NCBI GenBank assembly: GCA_015490675.1
Contig: WFXI01000320.1
Coordinates: 25,640-89,639, forward strand
From: Hydrogenothermaceae bacterium
GTDB taxonomy: Bacteria > Aquificota > Aquificia > Aquificales > Hydrogenothermaceae
Direction of reading: 5' to 3'
Length of the DNA stretch: 64,000 nt
Below, piece after piece: positions 56,280 through 64,000 of this stretch. The translations under genes were made by a program, and so were the position numbers. The notes under the pieces were generated by a model that worked only from the letters and a program-made list of their open reading frames with translations, made no database searches and was not told the origin of the DNA. How positions within the stretch are numbered: position 1 is the first letter of the stretch; every line of letters begins with the position of its first letter.

Positions 56280-57296
56280 ATGAAAAATCTACTTCCGGAA
56301 GGTTTCATAATAAATATATTAGAAAAATTTAATATAAAGTATTTCTTATTCAGAAACACAATAAAAGTAAAATGCCCTTTTCACCATGATGAAGAACCAT
56401 CTGCATCCATAGATCCTATTAAAAACACATTTATTTGTTTTGTATGTAAAGACAACCTTTATAAAAAATTAGGAATAAAAAGCAATAAAATTGCTATATC
56501 ATCCTATAATCTGTTCAAACTACTAGGAGGAGATGAAAAAGAATGGAAAATTTTAGTTAAAAAAGCTTTTAAAGCAAAAAAATATATGAAAAAAGTAAAA
56601 AATAAAAAAGAAAAAATAAATAAAGAAAAAATAGAAAATATATGGAAAAGCTTAAGCACAGAACAAGATATAGAAATAATTAAATATCTAAACAAAAGAA
56701 AAATAAATTATAAAAAAATAAAAAATGAAATAAAAATAAATAAAAACAAAAAAAATTGGCCTATTGCCGTACCCATCTACGATATAAACAAAAATCTAAC
56801 AGGAATAATACTAAAATCTATAAAAAAAGAAATAAAACCTAAAGCAATTATGATTCCCGGAAGTTCTCTCGGATTTTTAGGTTTAAAAACTTTAGAAGAC
56901 TCAAAGATTACTATTGTAGTAGAAGGAATAACAGACTTCTTAACAGCTAAATCTTTAGGTTTCAAAAGAGTAATAGGAATTACTAGTTCTTATCAAAACA
57001 TTCCTAAAGAAATCATAAAATATTTTACAAAAACGGTTATATTTTTTTTACACAATGACGAACCAGGAATACAACTTTATAAAAATATTAAAAATATTTG
57101 CGATAAAAATAATATAAAAATAATAGCGATAAGAACCTCCAAAGAAAAAGGAGGAGATTTAAACGACTTTATATCAAAGAATAAAAACTCTAAAGTTAAA
57201 TTAAAAAATTTTTTAATAAAACTATTAAATGGAGAAATAAATGATCCAAGAAAAAGAAAAAATAACAAAAATATTAAACTCTCTAAAAAAACTTGA
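56280..57296 (+). CDS. Second CHC2/Toprim DNA primase
   Basis: KCPFHHD...FICFVC, VVEGITDFL, LHNDEPG, GDLND. Confidence 0.82.
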   Translation: MKNLLPEGFIINILEKFNIKYFLFRNTIKVKCPFHHDEEPSASIDPIKNTFICFVCKDNLYKKLGIKSNKIAISSYNLFKLLGGDEKEWKILVKKAFKAKKYMKKVKNKKEKINKEKIENIWKSLSTEQDIEIIKYLNKRKINYKKIKNEIKINKNKKNWPIAVPIYDINKNLTGIILKSIKKEIKPKAIMIPGSSLGFLGLKTLEDSKITIVVEGITDFLTAKSLGFKRVIGITSSYQNIPKEIIKYFTKTVIFFLHNDEPGIQLYKNIKNICDKNNIKIIAIRTSKEKGGDLNDFISKNKNSKVKLKNFLIKLLNGEINDPRKRKNNKNIKLSKKT

Positions 57297-58692
57297 GAAA
57301 AAACTAAAAGCAATACCTTCAAACTTTGATATTAAAGAAGAAAAACTAAAGAATCTCAAAAATTCCTTAAAAACCGCAAAAAACTGGGATCTATCCCTAC
57401 TAAAAATAGAAACAGAAGAAAACATAATCTATAATCTTCCATACACAAGTAAAGTTGCCAAAGCCTTAATAGAATGTTTTTATACCTTTGAAGCCAAACA
57501 TAGCTTTGAAGGACTTAAATCAGGATTAAAGATAAGTCAAATCACTCACCATGCTTTTTGTAATGTCCCTGTTGTAGCAAAAGCCTTCAAAAATACAGAA
57601 AGAAGAACAGACAAAATCTTATTTTATCCAGCTACAAAACTTGAAACTGAAAAAGAATACACATTTTTAAAGTTAAAAGACAAAAAAGATAAAATCTTAA
57701 TAGAAATAGCAAAAGTATATCAGGACATTGCCCTCAAAAATCTTCTTTTATACAAAATAGAAAAAATAGAAATAAAAAAAGACTTAGTAACAATTCCTAA
57801 TAATTTAGAAGAATTAGACCTTGCCACAATAAAAGCACAAGCCTTAGCAATAAGCAAAGAAGAATCTAAAAACAAAGTCCCAATGAAAGAAAGAACTGCT
57901 ATATACAGAGAAAATCATCCTGTTGATAGCTATGAACTTCTCACAGACAGCCGCATAATAAAAAACAAAGATAAAATATATGCAGAATTAGTAACAGAAG
58001 AAGGAGAAGTTTTAAAATACGACTTTTTATTTAGAGAAAGACCTGTAGCATTTACAATATTTGGTATTGGATTTGAAAAAGAAATCGGTTGGTTCCCAGC
58101 TGCAATGATAGTTAACATTTTTAAAAGAAAAGACGTTCTATCTAAAAAGTCATCTCCTGAAGAATACTTGGAAAAACATACCTATCATTTAAATGGAAAA
58201 AAACTTCAAGCAAACTACAAAAATTTATACTTAAAAGGTATATACGGATTAGATAAAATACCTTCTCTCTGGTCTTACGCCTCTTTAACAGCTAACAAAG
58301 GAAAGTTAAATATAACAATACCTATTCCTATTCAAAGAAAAATGTACAGTAAAGAAAATAATGAATTTAAATGGCAAAGAACAAAACCTTCCTCAATAGC
58401 AAAAGCAGTATATCAAATACTTGGAACCGAAAAAATAATCTACAAAGGAGAAGAAATATACCTACCTGGAAAAAGAATGTTTATTGAAAAAGAACTAATA
58501 AATATAAAAGAACCTTCATGGCTTGAAGAAGGGCTGAACTTAATTAAAGTATCTGTTAATGCATATAAAGTTCTTCAGGCATTAAAAAGAGGACTTGACA
58601 AAATAGATTCAACTATAGAAGATAAAGAAGAACTCACTGAATATTTAAAAGTTAAGGAAATCAAAACAGAAAACAAAAAAGGTAAAGGATAA
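57241..58692 (+). CDS. Hypothetical protein in the primase-polA operon
   Basis: 483-aa ORF overlapping both neighbours. Confidence 0.65.
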   Translation: MIQEKEKITKILNSLKKLEKKLKAIPSNFDIKEEKLKNLKNSLKTAKNWDLSLLKIETEENIIYNLPYTSKVAKALIECFYTFEAKHSFEGLKSGLKISQITHHAFCNVPVVAKAFKNTERRTDKILFYPATKLETEKEYTFLKLKDKKDKILIEIAKVYQDIALKNLLLYKIEKIEIKKDLVTIPNNLEELDLATIKAQALAISKEESKNKVPMKERTAIYRENHPVDSYELLTDSRIIKNKDKIYAELVTEEGEVLKYDFLFRERPVAFTIFGIGFEKEIGWFPAAMIVNIFKRKDVLSKKSSPEEYLEKHTYHLNGKKLQANYKNLYLKGIYGLDKIPSLWSYASLTANKGKLNITIPIPIQRKMYSKENNEFKWQRTKPSSIAKAVYQILGTEKIIYKGEEIYLPGKRMFIEKELINIKEPSWLEEGLNLIKVSVNAYKVLQALKRGLDKIDSTIEDKEELTEYLKVKEIKTENKKGKG

Positions 58693-60407
58693 TGGAAACT
58701 ACAAAAAACATTTATAGTATAAAAAGCAATACAAAAGATTTAATAAAATATACAAAAGACAGTAAAATACTTTATGTTGATATTGAAACAACAGGATTAA
58801 GCCCTTACGAAGACTATATAAGATTAATTCAGGTTAAAAATCCAAAAAAGGAATATGCATTTATTCTAGACCTTTATAAAGTTTCTTATGACAAAAAAAT
58901 ATTTGATGCTTTTAAAGATAAAAAATTAGTATTTCACAACGCTAAATTTGACCTTTCATTTTTAAGCCAAAAAATAGATAAAAGGTTTTTAGACCTTGAA
59001 ATTGAAGATACAATGCTAATTGGAAAGACATTTGAGCCTTCTAAAAAACACAGTCTAAAAGAAATGGTAAAAAATCATTTAGATATTGAAATGGATAAAT
59101 CCCAGCAAAAAGCAGATTGGAGCCAGGAAAAACTTAATAAAAAACAGCTAATTTATGCCGCTTTTGATGTCATATATCTTCAAAAACTTTTTGAAAAGTT
59201 AAAGGAAACTTATAATTTTGAAAAAAACCTTGTTTATAAAATAGAAAAAAACTTCATTCCTGTACTTATAAAAATAGAACAAAAAGGGATAAAAATAGAT
59301 TTTGATAAAGCAATAGAATTTTTAGATGATGTTAGAAAGGAATATGAAGAAACAGAAAACTACCTTATTAAAAAATATAGAATAAATCCAAGAAGTCCTC
59401 ACGATGTTGCAAATGCCCTTATAAAAGAAGGAATAAAACTACCTAGAACAAAAAAAGGAAATTACTCAACATCTGAAGATGTACTAAAATTCATAGACCA
59501 CGAAATAGCAAAAAAAGTAATAAAAATTAGAAAGTTAAAAAACAGCATAGACCTTTTAGAGTCATATATAAAATCCTGTGACGAAAACTTTAGAATACAC
59601 TCTACTTTCAATTCCTGGAAAACAGTATCAGGAAGAATGAGTAGTGAAAATCCAAACATACAAAATGTACCAACAAACAAAAGATTTAGACAATTGTTTA
59701 CAGCAGATGAAGGGAATGTCTTACTAGGAGCAGATTATCCTCAAATTGAACTTAGAATTGCAGCTGTATACACTAATGATAAAACTATGATAGACGCACT
59801 TAAAAATAATATAGACCTTCACAAACTCATTGTTTCTAAAGCAACAGGAAAGCCTTATAAAGAAATAAATAAAGAAGAAAGAAAACTTGGGAAACCAGTA
59901 AACTTTGGTCTCTTATATGGAATGTCTGCAAATACTTTAAGAGGTTATGCAAAAACCATATACGGAATTAGTATGAGTAAAGAAGATGCACTTAAATTTA
60001 AAAAAATTTATAAGGAAACTTATAAAGGAATAAATGAATGGCAGGACAAAACTATTAGAAAGATTAAAAAAAATGGATTTATTGAAACATCCACACTTGC
60101 AGGAAGAAAAGCAGTAGCAAAAAGATATACTGATGCTCTTAACTATCCTATACAGGGAACTGGAGCTGATTTGATTAAACTTGCATGCATTTACTTTGAT
60201 TACAACTGCAAAAAGCATAAAGTTAACGCACAAATTGTAAACATAATTCACGATGAAATAATTGTTGAAGTTGAAGAAAATCAAAAAGATGCTGCAAAAG
60301 ATTTATTGAAAAAATCAATGGAAAAGGCTGCAAAAAGGTTTTTAAAAGATATACCTTGCCCTGTTGACGTTGTAATAGGCAAAAACTGGGAAGAAGTGAA
60401 AGATTAA
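58692..60407 (+). CDS. polA: Family A DNA polymerase with 3'-5' exonuclease and no 5'-3' nuclease
   Basis: VDIETTGL, FHNAKFD, YAAFDV; SGRMSSENPNIQN, ADYPQIELR, RKLGKPVNFGLLYG, NYPIQGTGAD, IHDEI. Confidence 0.95.
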   Translation: METTKNIYSIKSNTKDLIKYTKDSKILYVDIETTGLSPYEDYIRLIQVKNPKKEYAFILDLYKVSYDKKIFDAFKDKKLVFHNAKFDLSFLSQKIDKRFLDLEIEDTMLIGKTFEPSKKHSLKEMVKNHLDIEMDKSQQKADWSQEKLNKKQLIYAAFDVIYLQKLFEKLKETYNFEKNLVYKIEKNFIPVLIKIEQKGIKIDFDKAIEFLDDVRKEYEETENYLIKKYRINPRSPHDVANALIKEGIKLPRTKKGNYSTSEDVLKFIDHEIAKKVIKIRKLKNSIDLLESYIKSCDENFRIHSTFNSWKTVSGRMSSENPNIQNVPTNKRFRQLFTADEGNVLLGADYPQIELRIAAVYTNDKTMIDALKNNIDLHKLIVSKATGKPYKEINKEERKLGKPVNFGLLYGMSANTLRGYAKTIYGISMSKEDALKFKKIYKETYKGINEWQDKTIRKIKKNGFIETSTLAGRKAVAKRYTDALNYPIQGTGADLIKLACIYFDYNCKKHKVNAQIVNIIHDEIIVEVEENQKDAAKDLLKKSMEKAAKRFLKDIPCPVDVVIGKNWEEVKD

Positions 60408-60652
60408 TTTAGTTTTTTTAACTCAAAAGTCCAGCAGCAAAAAATTTCGAAGAAATTTTTCTATTTTTAGAACTTATTTTTTCAATAAAAATTCTTATAC
60501 TAAAATATTAAATTTATATTTATTCGAATTTTTTAATTTTTATTTATATACATCATCAATAATTTTTAAATACTTTTTATTTTCTTTTTAAACACTTTTT
60601 AAGTACTTTTTCAGAATCTTCCAAATATTGTCAATAAAGGGTTTCACAAAAA

Positions 60653-60858
60653 TAATATGGAGAACTTCCGAGTAAATGTGGAGACCCTCTGAGTAAATGT
60701 GGAGAACTTCCGAGTAAATGTGGAGAACTTCCGAATAAATGTGGAGAATTTCCGAGTAAATGTGGAGAACTTCCGAGTAAATGTGGAGAATTTCCGAGTA
60801 AATGTAGAGAATTTCTAAGTGAATGTGGAGAAATTTGATATAATTTTCTCTACATATT
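60653..60858 (+). repeat. Iteron array (oriV): eight 21-bp direct repeats plus a ninth degenerate copy and an inverted half-copy
   Basis: Unit AAATGTGGAGAA(C/T)TTCCGAGT at 60653, 60674, 60695, 60716, 60737, 60758, 60779, 60800 and 60821; AT-rich tract about 60470-60610; directly upstream of rep. Confidence 0.92.
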
Positions 60859-60890
60859 AATATATCCTAAATACTTCTAACGAGAAAAAA

Positions 60891-62423
60891 ATGAAGGAAA
60901 AAAATTCTAAAAAATTTCGAGGGGAGATAGTTAAAAAAGATAATATATTAAACGAAGGAATACATACAATAGATACTGCTGAAAAGTATAAATTAATGTT
61001 ACTTATGATAGCCCAAATAGCCACACAAGATGAACTTCCTAAATCTCCAGAAAAAATTGCAAACAAAACATACAGTTTCTATATAGACGATTATGCAGAA
61101 CTAAAAAATATTAAAAACAAGTATTGGTTTGAGGATTATGTATCTAATATGATTCAATATTTAAAGGAAAAATCTGCTATAACTATTAAATCAGAAGATA
61201 GTATAAAAACAATATGGATATTTCAAGATGTAGAATTTAAAAGAGAAAAAGGAAAATGGAAAGTCTCTTACAGATTTTCTTATCCTATATCAGAATTTTT
61301 ATTCGAATTAAAAAATAAGTTTATTGCTTATCACATAAAGAATATTATGCCTATGCGATCTAAATATTCAATTAGGCTTTATGAACTTCTAAAACAATAT
61401 GAAAAAATTGGAGAAAGAACATTTGACATCAACGAATTCAGAGAAAAAATAGGAACTAGGATTTACATTATAGATAATAAGACTGGAGAAAAGAAAACTT
61501 TACAAGATGATTACAAAGATTTCAGAGATTTAAAAAGGTGGGTAATAGAAAGAGCAATTAAAGAAGTGAATAAATTTTCAGATATAGAAATAACTAATGT
61601 TGAATATAATAGAAAAGGTAGAAAAATTGAATTTATTACCTTTTATTTCAAATCAAAAATAAATTTTAATTTTCAAATGGAAGAAAAAAATGAAAAAGAA
61701 GAAAAAGAAAAAAATAAAACATCAGAAAAACAAAATAATAAACTCCCTATAAAAACCGAAATTATATGGAAAAATATAGGCGAACTAAGAAAACACTACA
61801 AAAAAGACATAAAAGAAATCACAGAATATATAAAAGAATTACAAACACAAAAATCACTAAAAAACTTAAAAGAAAAAATAATTTTACATGAATTAACAGA
61901 AAATCAAATACTATTTCTGCTTATAAATGCTGATAAAGAAATATATGATACTGAAATGACAACAGCAATAATTAAAAAAGCTATAAAAAACAAAAAAATA
62001 GAAAATATAATGGGATTTTTAATAAATACATTAAACATTGACATAAAAAATGCTAAATTTAAAGAACTATTGAACATAGATGAAAAACTTGATGAAGAAC
62101 TTCTAGAAAAAGAATTGGTTTTAGTTGAAGAAGATAAAAAAGAAAAAAACAGAAAACTTTTAGAAAATTTTCCTAAAATACCTCAAGAAAAAGCAGAAAA
62201 AATAATAGCATACATCTTTAATAAGATAATACCAGAAGTAGCAAATGACAAAAACATAAGATACATTGTAGAATTTATGATAAAAGGATCTGCATTAGAT
62301 AAAGAAAACAAATTACTTTACTTACCAGTAGAAAATTCTTCTTGGGATGCTTGGTATGAAATTAACTTAAAAGATAAACTAGAAGAATTAATAAAAGTAA
62401 AAACAAAAACTTTAGAAGTATAA
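60891..62423 (+). CDS. repB: Rep_3 (RepB-type) replication initiator with C-terminal extension
   Basis: SKYSIRLYELLKQY, YKDFRDLKRWVIERAIKEVN, RKGRKIEFITF; adjacent iterons. Confidence 0.9.
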   Translation: MKEKNSKKFRGEIVKKDNILNEGIHTIDTAEKYKLMLLMIAQIATQDELPKSPEKIANKTYSFYIDDYAELKNIKNKYWFEDYVSNMIQYLKEKSAITIKSEDSIKTIWIFQDVEFKREKGKWKVSYRFSYPISEFLFELKNKFIAYHIKNIMPMRSKYSIRLYELLKQYEKIGERTFDINEFREKIGTRIYIIDNKTGEKKTLQDDYKDFRDLKRWVIERAIKEVNKFSDIEITNVEYNRKGRKIEFITFYFKSKINFNFQMEEKNEKEEKEKNKTSEKQNNKLPIKTEIIWKNIGELRKHYKKDIKEITEYIKELQTQKSLKNLKEKIILHELTENQILFLLINADKEIYDTEMTTAIIKKAIKNKKIENIMGFLINTLNIDIKNAKFKELLNIDEKLDEELLEKELVLVEEDKKEKNRKLLENFPKIPQEKAEKIIAYIFNKIIPEVANDKNIRYIVEFMIKGSALDKENKLLYLPVENSSWDAWYEINLKDKLEELIKVKTKTLEV

Positions 62424-62454
62424 TCAAAAATTTGAAAATAAATAGTAAATAATT

Positions 62455-62646
62455 AAGCCTGAGGGGCGGAGGCTTAAAGAAATTAGCCCCTCCTTGCTAC
62501 TTATGTAGCAAGCCGTGCTCCAGCCTTTTCCGACATAGCTCCTAGGAAGCACCGCCGAGCCAGCGGAGTTTGATGACCCAGTATGCATCTCTGGGGAAGC
62601 ATTTTTGCCTGCAACTACAACGATATGAAAAAAACATGTAAGGCTT
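62455..62646. other. GC-rich multi-hairpin non-coding element
   Basis: Stems GAGGGGC/GCCCCTC, TTGCTAC/GTAGCAA and CCCAG/CTGGG, with closing AAGCCT/AGGCTT. Confidence 0.45.
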
Positions 62647-62647
62647 T

Positions 62648-62692
62648 ACTTTTTTATTTTTATTTTAAAAGGGAGGGAAAACCCTTCCCTTA
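62648..62692 (-). terminator. Hairpin terminator candidate
   Basis: On the minus strand, GGGAAGG(G)...CCCTCCC followed by TTTT, just after a stop codon. Confidence 0.5.
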
Positions 62693-62693
62693 A

Positions 62694-62846
62694 TTATTCA
62701 GCCTCCTTGATGTACACACTTATTACACCATTTTGAGGTTCAAATCTTTTTGCTAAAGTTTCTCCTAAAGAATCACCTATTTTAGTTCCAATGATAACAA
62801 ATGATAAAAAGAATGCAACTGCCATTAAAAATAAAACCTTATACAT
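62694..62846 (-). CDS. 50-aa single-TM peptide (MYKVLFLMAVAFFLSFVIIG...)
   Basis: Start reassigned to ATG 62846 behind the double SD AGGAGGATAGGAGG. Confidence 0.6.
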   Translation of the reverse strand: MYKVLFLMAVAFFLSFVIIGTKIGDSLGETLAKRFEPQNGVISVYIKEAE

Positions 62847-63006
62847 GCCTCCTATCCTCCTGCAAGTTATTAGGGAGGGAGCTCCCCTCTTAAATCTTCC
62901 TGAAATGGAAAACTTAAAAGGGGAGCCCCCTATCCCCAAAAAGTCCAAAGCCACAAAAGGGCTAAGAACTTTTAGCAAGGAGGGATTAGGAGGCTATATT
63001 CAAAAT

Positions 63007-63192
63007 TCAGAATCCCCAGGTTGATGGGGCTCTGAATTTTGATAGATCTAACATAATAATTTCTTCATAAAAAAAAGGTACATTGTTTATATAAACGATC
63101 TTGCTGCGACCGTTTATTGAGATTTCCAAATTTGGAAATCTCTCTTTTATCTTTTTTACCTTATTCTCGACATCTTTTTTATAAATTTTCAT
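63007..63192 (-). CDS. Small hypothetical protein
   Basis: 61-aa ORF; GGGAGGT SD. Confidence 0.55.
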   Translation of the reverse strand: MKIYKKDVENKVKKIKERFPNLEISINGRSKIVYINNVPFFYEEIIMLDLSKFRAPSTWGF

Positions 63193-63202
63193 CTTATTAA
63201 TA

Positions 63203-63525
63203 CCTCCCTATCGCCGGAACTCCCTGCCCTGAGTCCAGCTTGAATTTTTTTTAATAAAAAACAAAAAAACCTCGCTGGACGCCAAGGGCAGGCCACTATA
63301 AAAGTGGTCGGCGTTCCAGGAGGCTGTTTCCCCACTGACACTTATCCTTTCCTAAAAAGAAAAGAAATAAGTGTCTTTTCCCTAAAGGGACACCCTGTGG
63401 GGGAGGGTGCGAGTGGGATTACCTTCTCTCGAGGAGAGGCTCCCACTCTTTTAGAAATTTATCGGTTGAGAGGGCAAATAACCCTTCAACCTTATCGGGG
63501 ATGCCCATCTGTGGGTCCCCTTTTA
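63203..63525 (-). other. Highly structured GC-rich leader/element
   Basis: Long stem 63203-63323 plus about six consecutive hairpins up to 63520. Confidence 0.55.
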
Positions 63526-63940
63526 AAACTTTAAATATACTATAAAAAACCTCACCGTTTTTACCACGGCGAGGCTTAAAAATATATAATACACTGTCCG
63601 AATAAAGGACAGTGTATTGGAGCCAGTCACTTAAACCTGACTCCTTTTTGTATATTTTTTCGGCTCTAGTTATTGCCTTACGAGACTCAGAAACCCTGGA
63701 AAGGGAGTTTTTAAACTCCCTCCAAGATTCCTCAAGTTTTTCAGCTATATCAAACTTTTCCTTGATATAGCTGAGAATTTGTTTATTTTCTTCCAAACAA
63801 TAAACAACTTCTTGCCCTGAGGACAAAATAAATTTGACAAAATCTTTTTCTTTACCCCTAAAAAATTTGATTTCCTTTATCTTTATGTTGACGAGATATG
63901 TGTCAACATAAGGAAATAAGTACAGATTTGTATTTAACAT
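63419..63940 (-). CDS. Hypothetical protein
   Basis: 173-aa ORF; GAGGAG SD; 3' end runs through the hairpin array. Confidence 0.55.
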   Translation of the reverse strand: MLNTNLYLFPYVDTYLVNIKIKEIKFFRGKEKDFVKFILSSGQEVVYCLEENKQILSYIKEKFDIAEKLEESWREFKNSLSRVSESRKAITRAEKIYKKESGLSDWLQYTVLYSDSVLYIFKPRRGKNGEVFYSIFKVLKGDPQMGIPDKVEGLFALSTDKFLKEWEPLLERR

Positions 63941-64000
63941 TCTCCTCTGAAGTTCAAGAGGTAAATCTTCTACTTCCGAAGTTAAAAATTCAGCCCAATA

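Noticed and set aside
5207-60284. Antisense or nested ORFs in the track (e.g. 5207-5740, 7454-7657, 11365-11808, 13851-14120, 35362-35658, 43254-43576, 59462-59680, 59937-60284)
   Set aside because: They overlap well-supported genes and lack motifs; shadow ORFs
56280-60407. Prophage origin of the primase/polA block
   Set aside because: No capsid, terminase, tail or integrase genes; the context is a plasmid replicon
60653-60841. CRISPR array
   Set aside because: The 21-bp units are contiguous with no unique spacers, there are no cas genes, and the array abuts a Rep_3 gene: these are iterons
62570-62620. Hammerhead ribozyme (TTGATGA-CCCAG...CTGGG-GAAG)
   Set aside because: Core deviates (U for C3, G for A15.1) and no stem I can be formed next to the putative cleavage site
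62455-62646. IscB omega-RNA/HEARO remnant (TGCTTCCCCAG on the minus strand)
   Set aside because: Only one short motif matches, and there is no IscB/TnpB gene or transposon end

Overview
The window is a very AT-rich extrachromosomal element, most likely most of a conjugative plasmid. (1) About 1-10.6 kb: a mainly plus-strand accessory ('establishment'-like) region. It encodes a frameshifted nucleotidyltransferase/PcfJ-like gene, RNase H, a CCA-adding-type nucleotidyltransferase, an SF1 helicase, a double-OB SSB and several micropeptides. Many of these genes sit behind a repeated leader cassette: AAAAGTT-N8/9-AAAAGTT, 7-8 nt, TGAG, a covarying hairpin, an A-tract and an SD. Several also have an upstream anti-SD that is individually complementary to that gene's own RBS. 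(2) About 10.7-12.7 kb: a parC-like repeat tract and a ParM/ParR-like pair. (3) About 14.9-52.7 kb: an F-type T4SS (traG, H, U, W, trbC, traF, peptidase, C, V, B, K, E, L, N, D, A) with an HD-domain MOBH-like relaxase. Unusual features are a three-part TraN locus containing a C-type lectin domain, an ATPase-less TraC paralogue, a split TraV and a shared TATGATATGATA motif upstream of eight genes. (4) About 56.3-62.4 kb: primase, an unknown gene, a family A DNA polymerase, a 21-bp iteron origin and a Rep_3 initiator. (5) About 62.4-64 kb: GC-rich, highly structured DNA with small minus-strand genes. All calls come from motifs recognised by eye; no database searches or folding programs were run.
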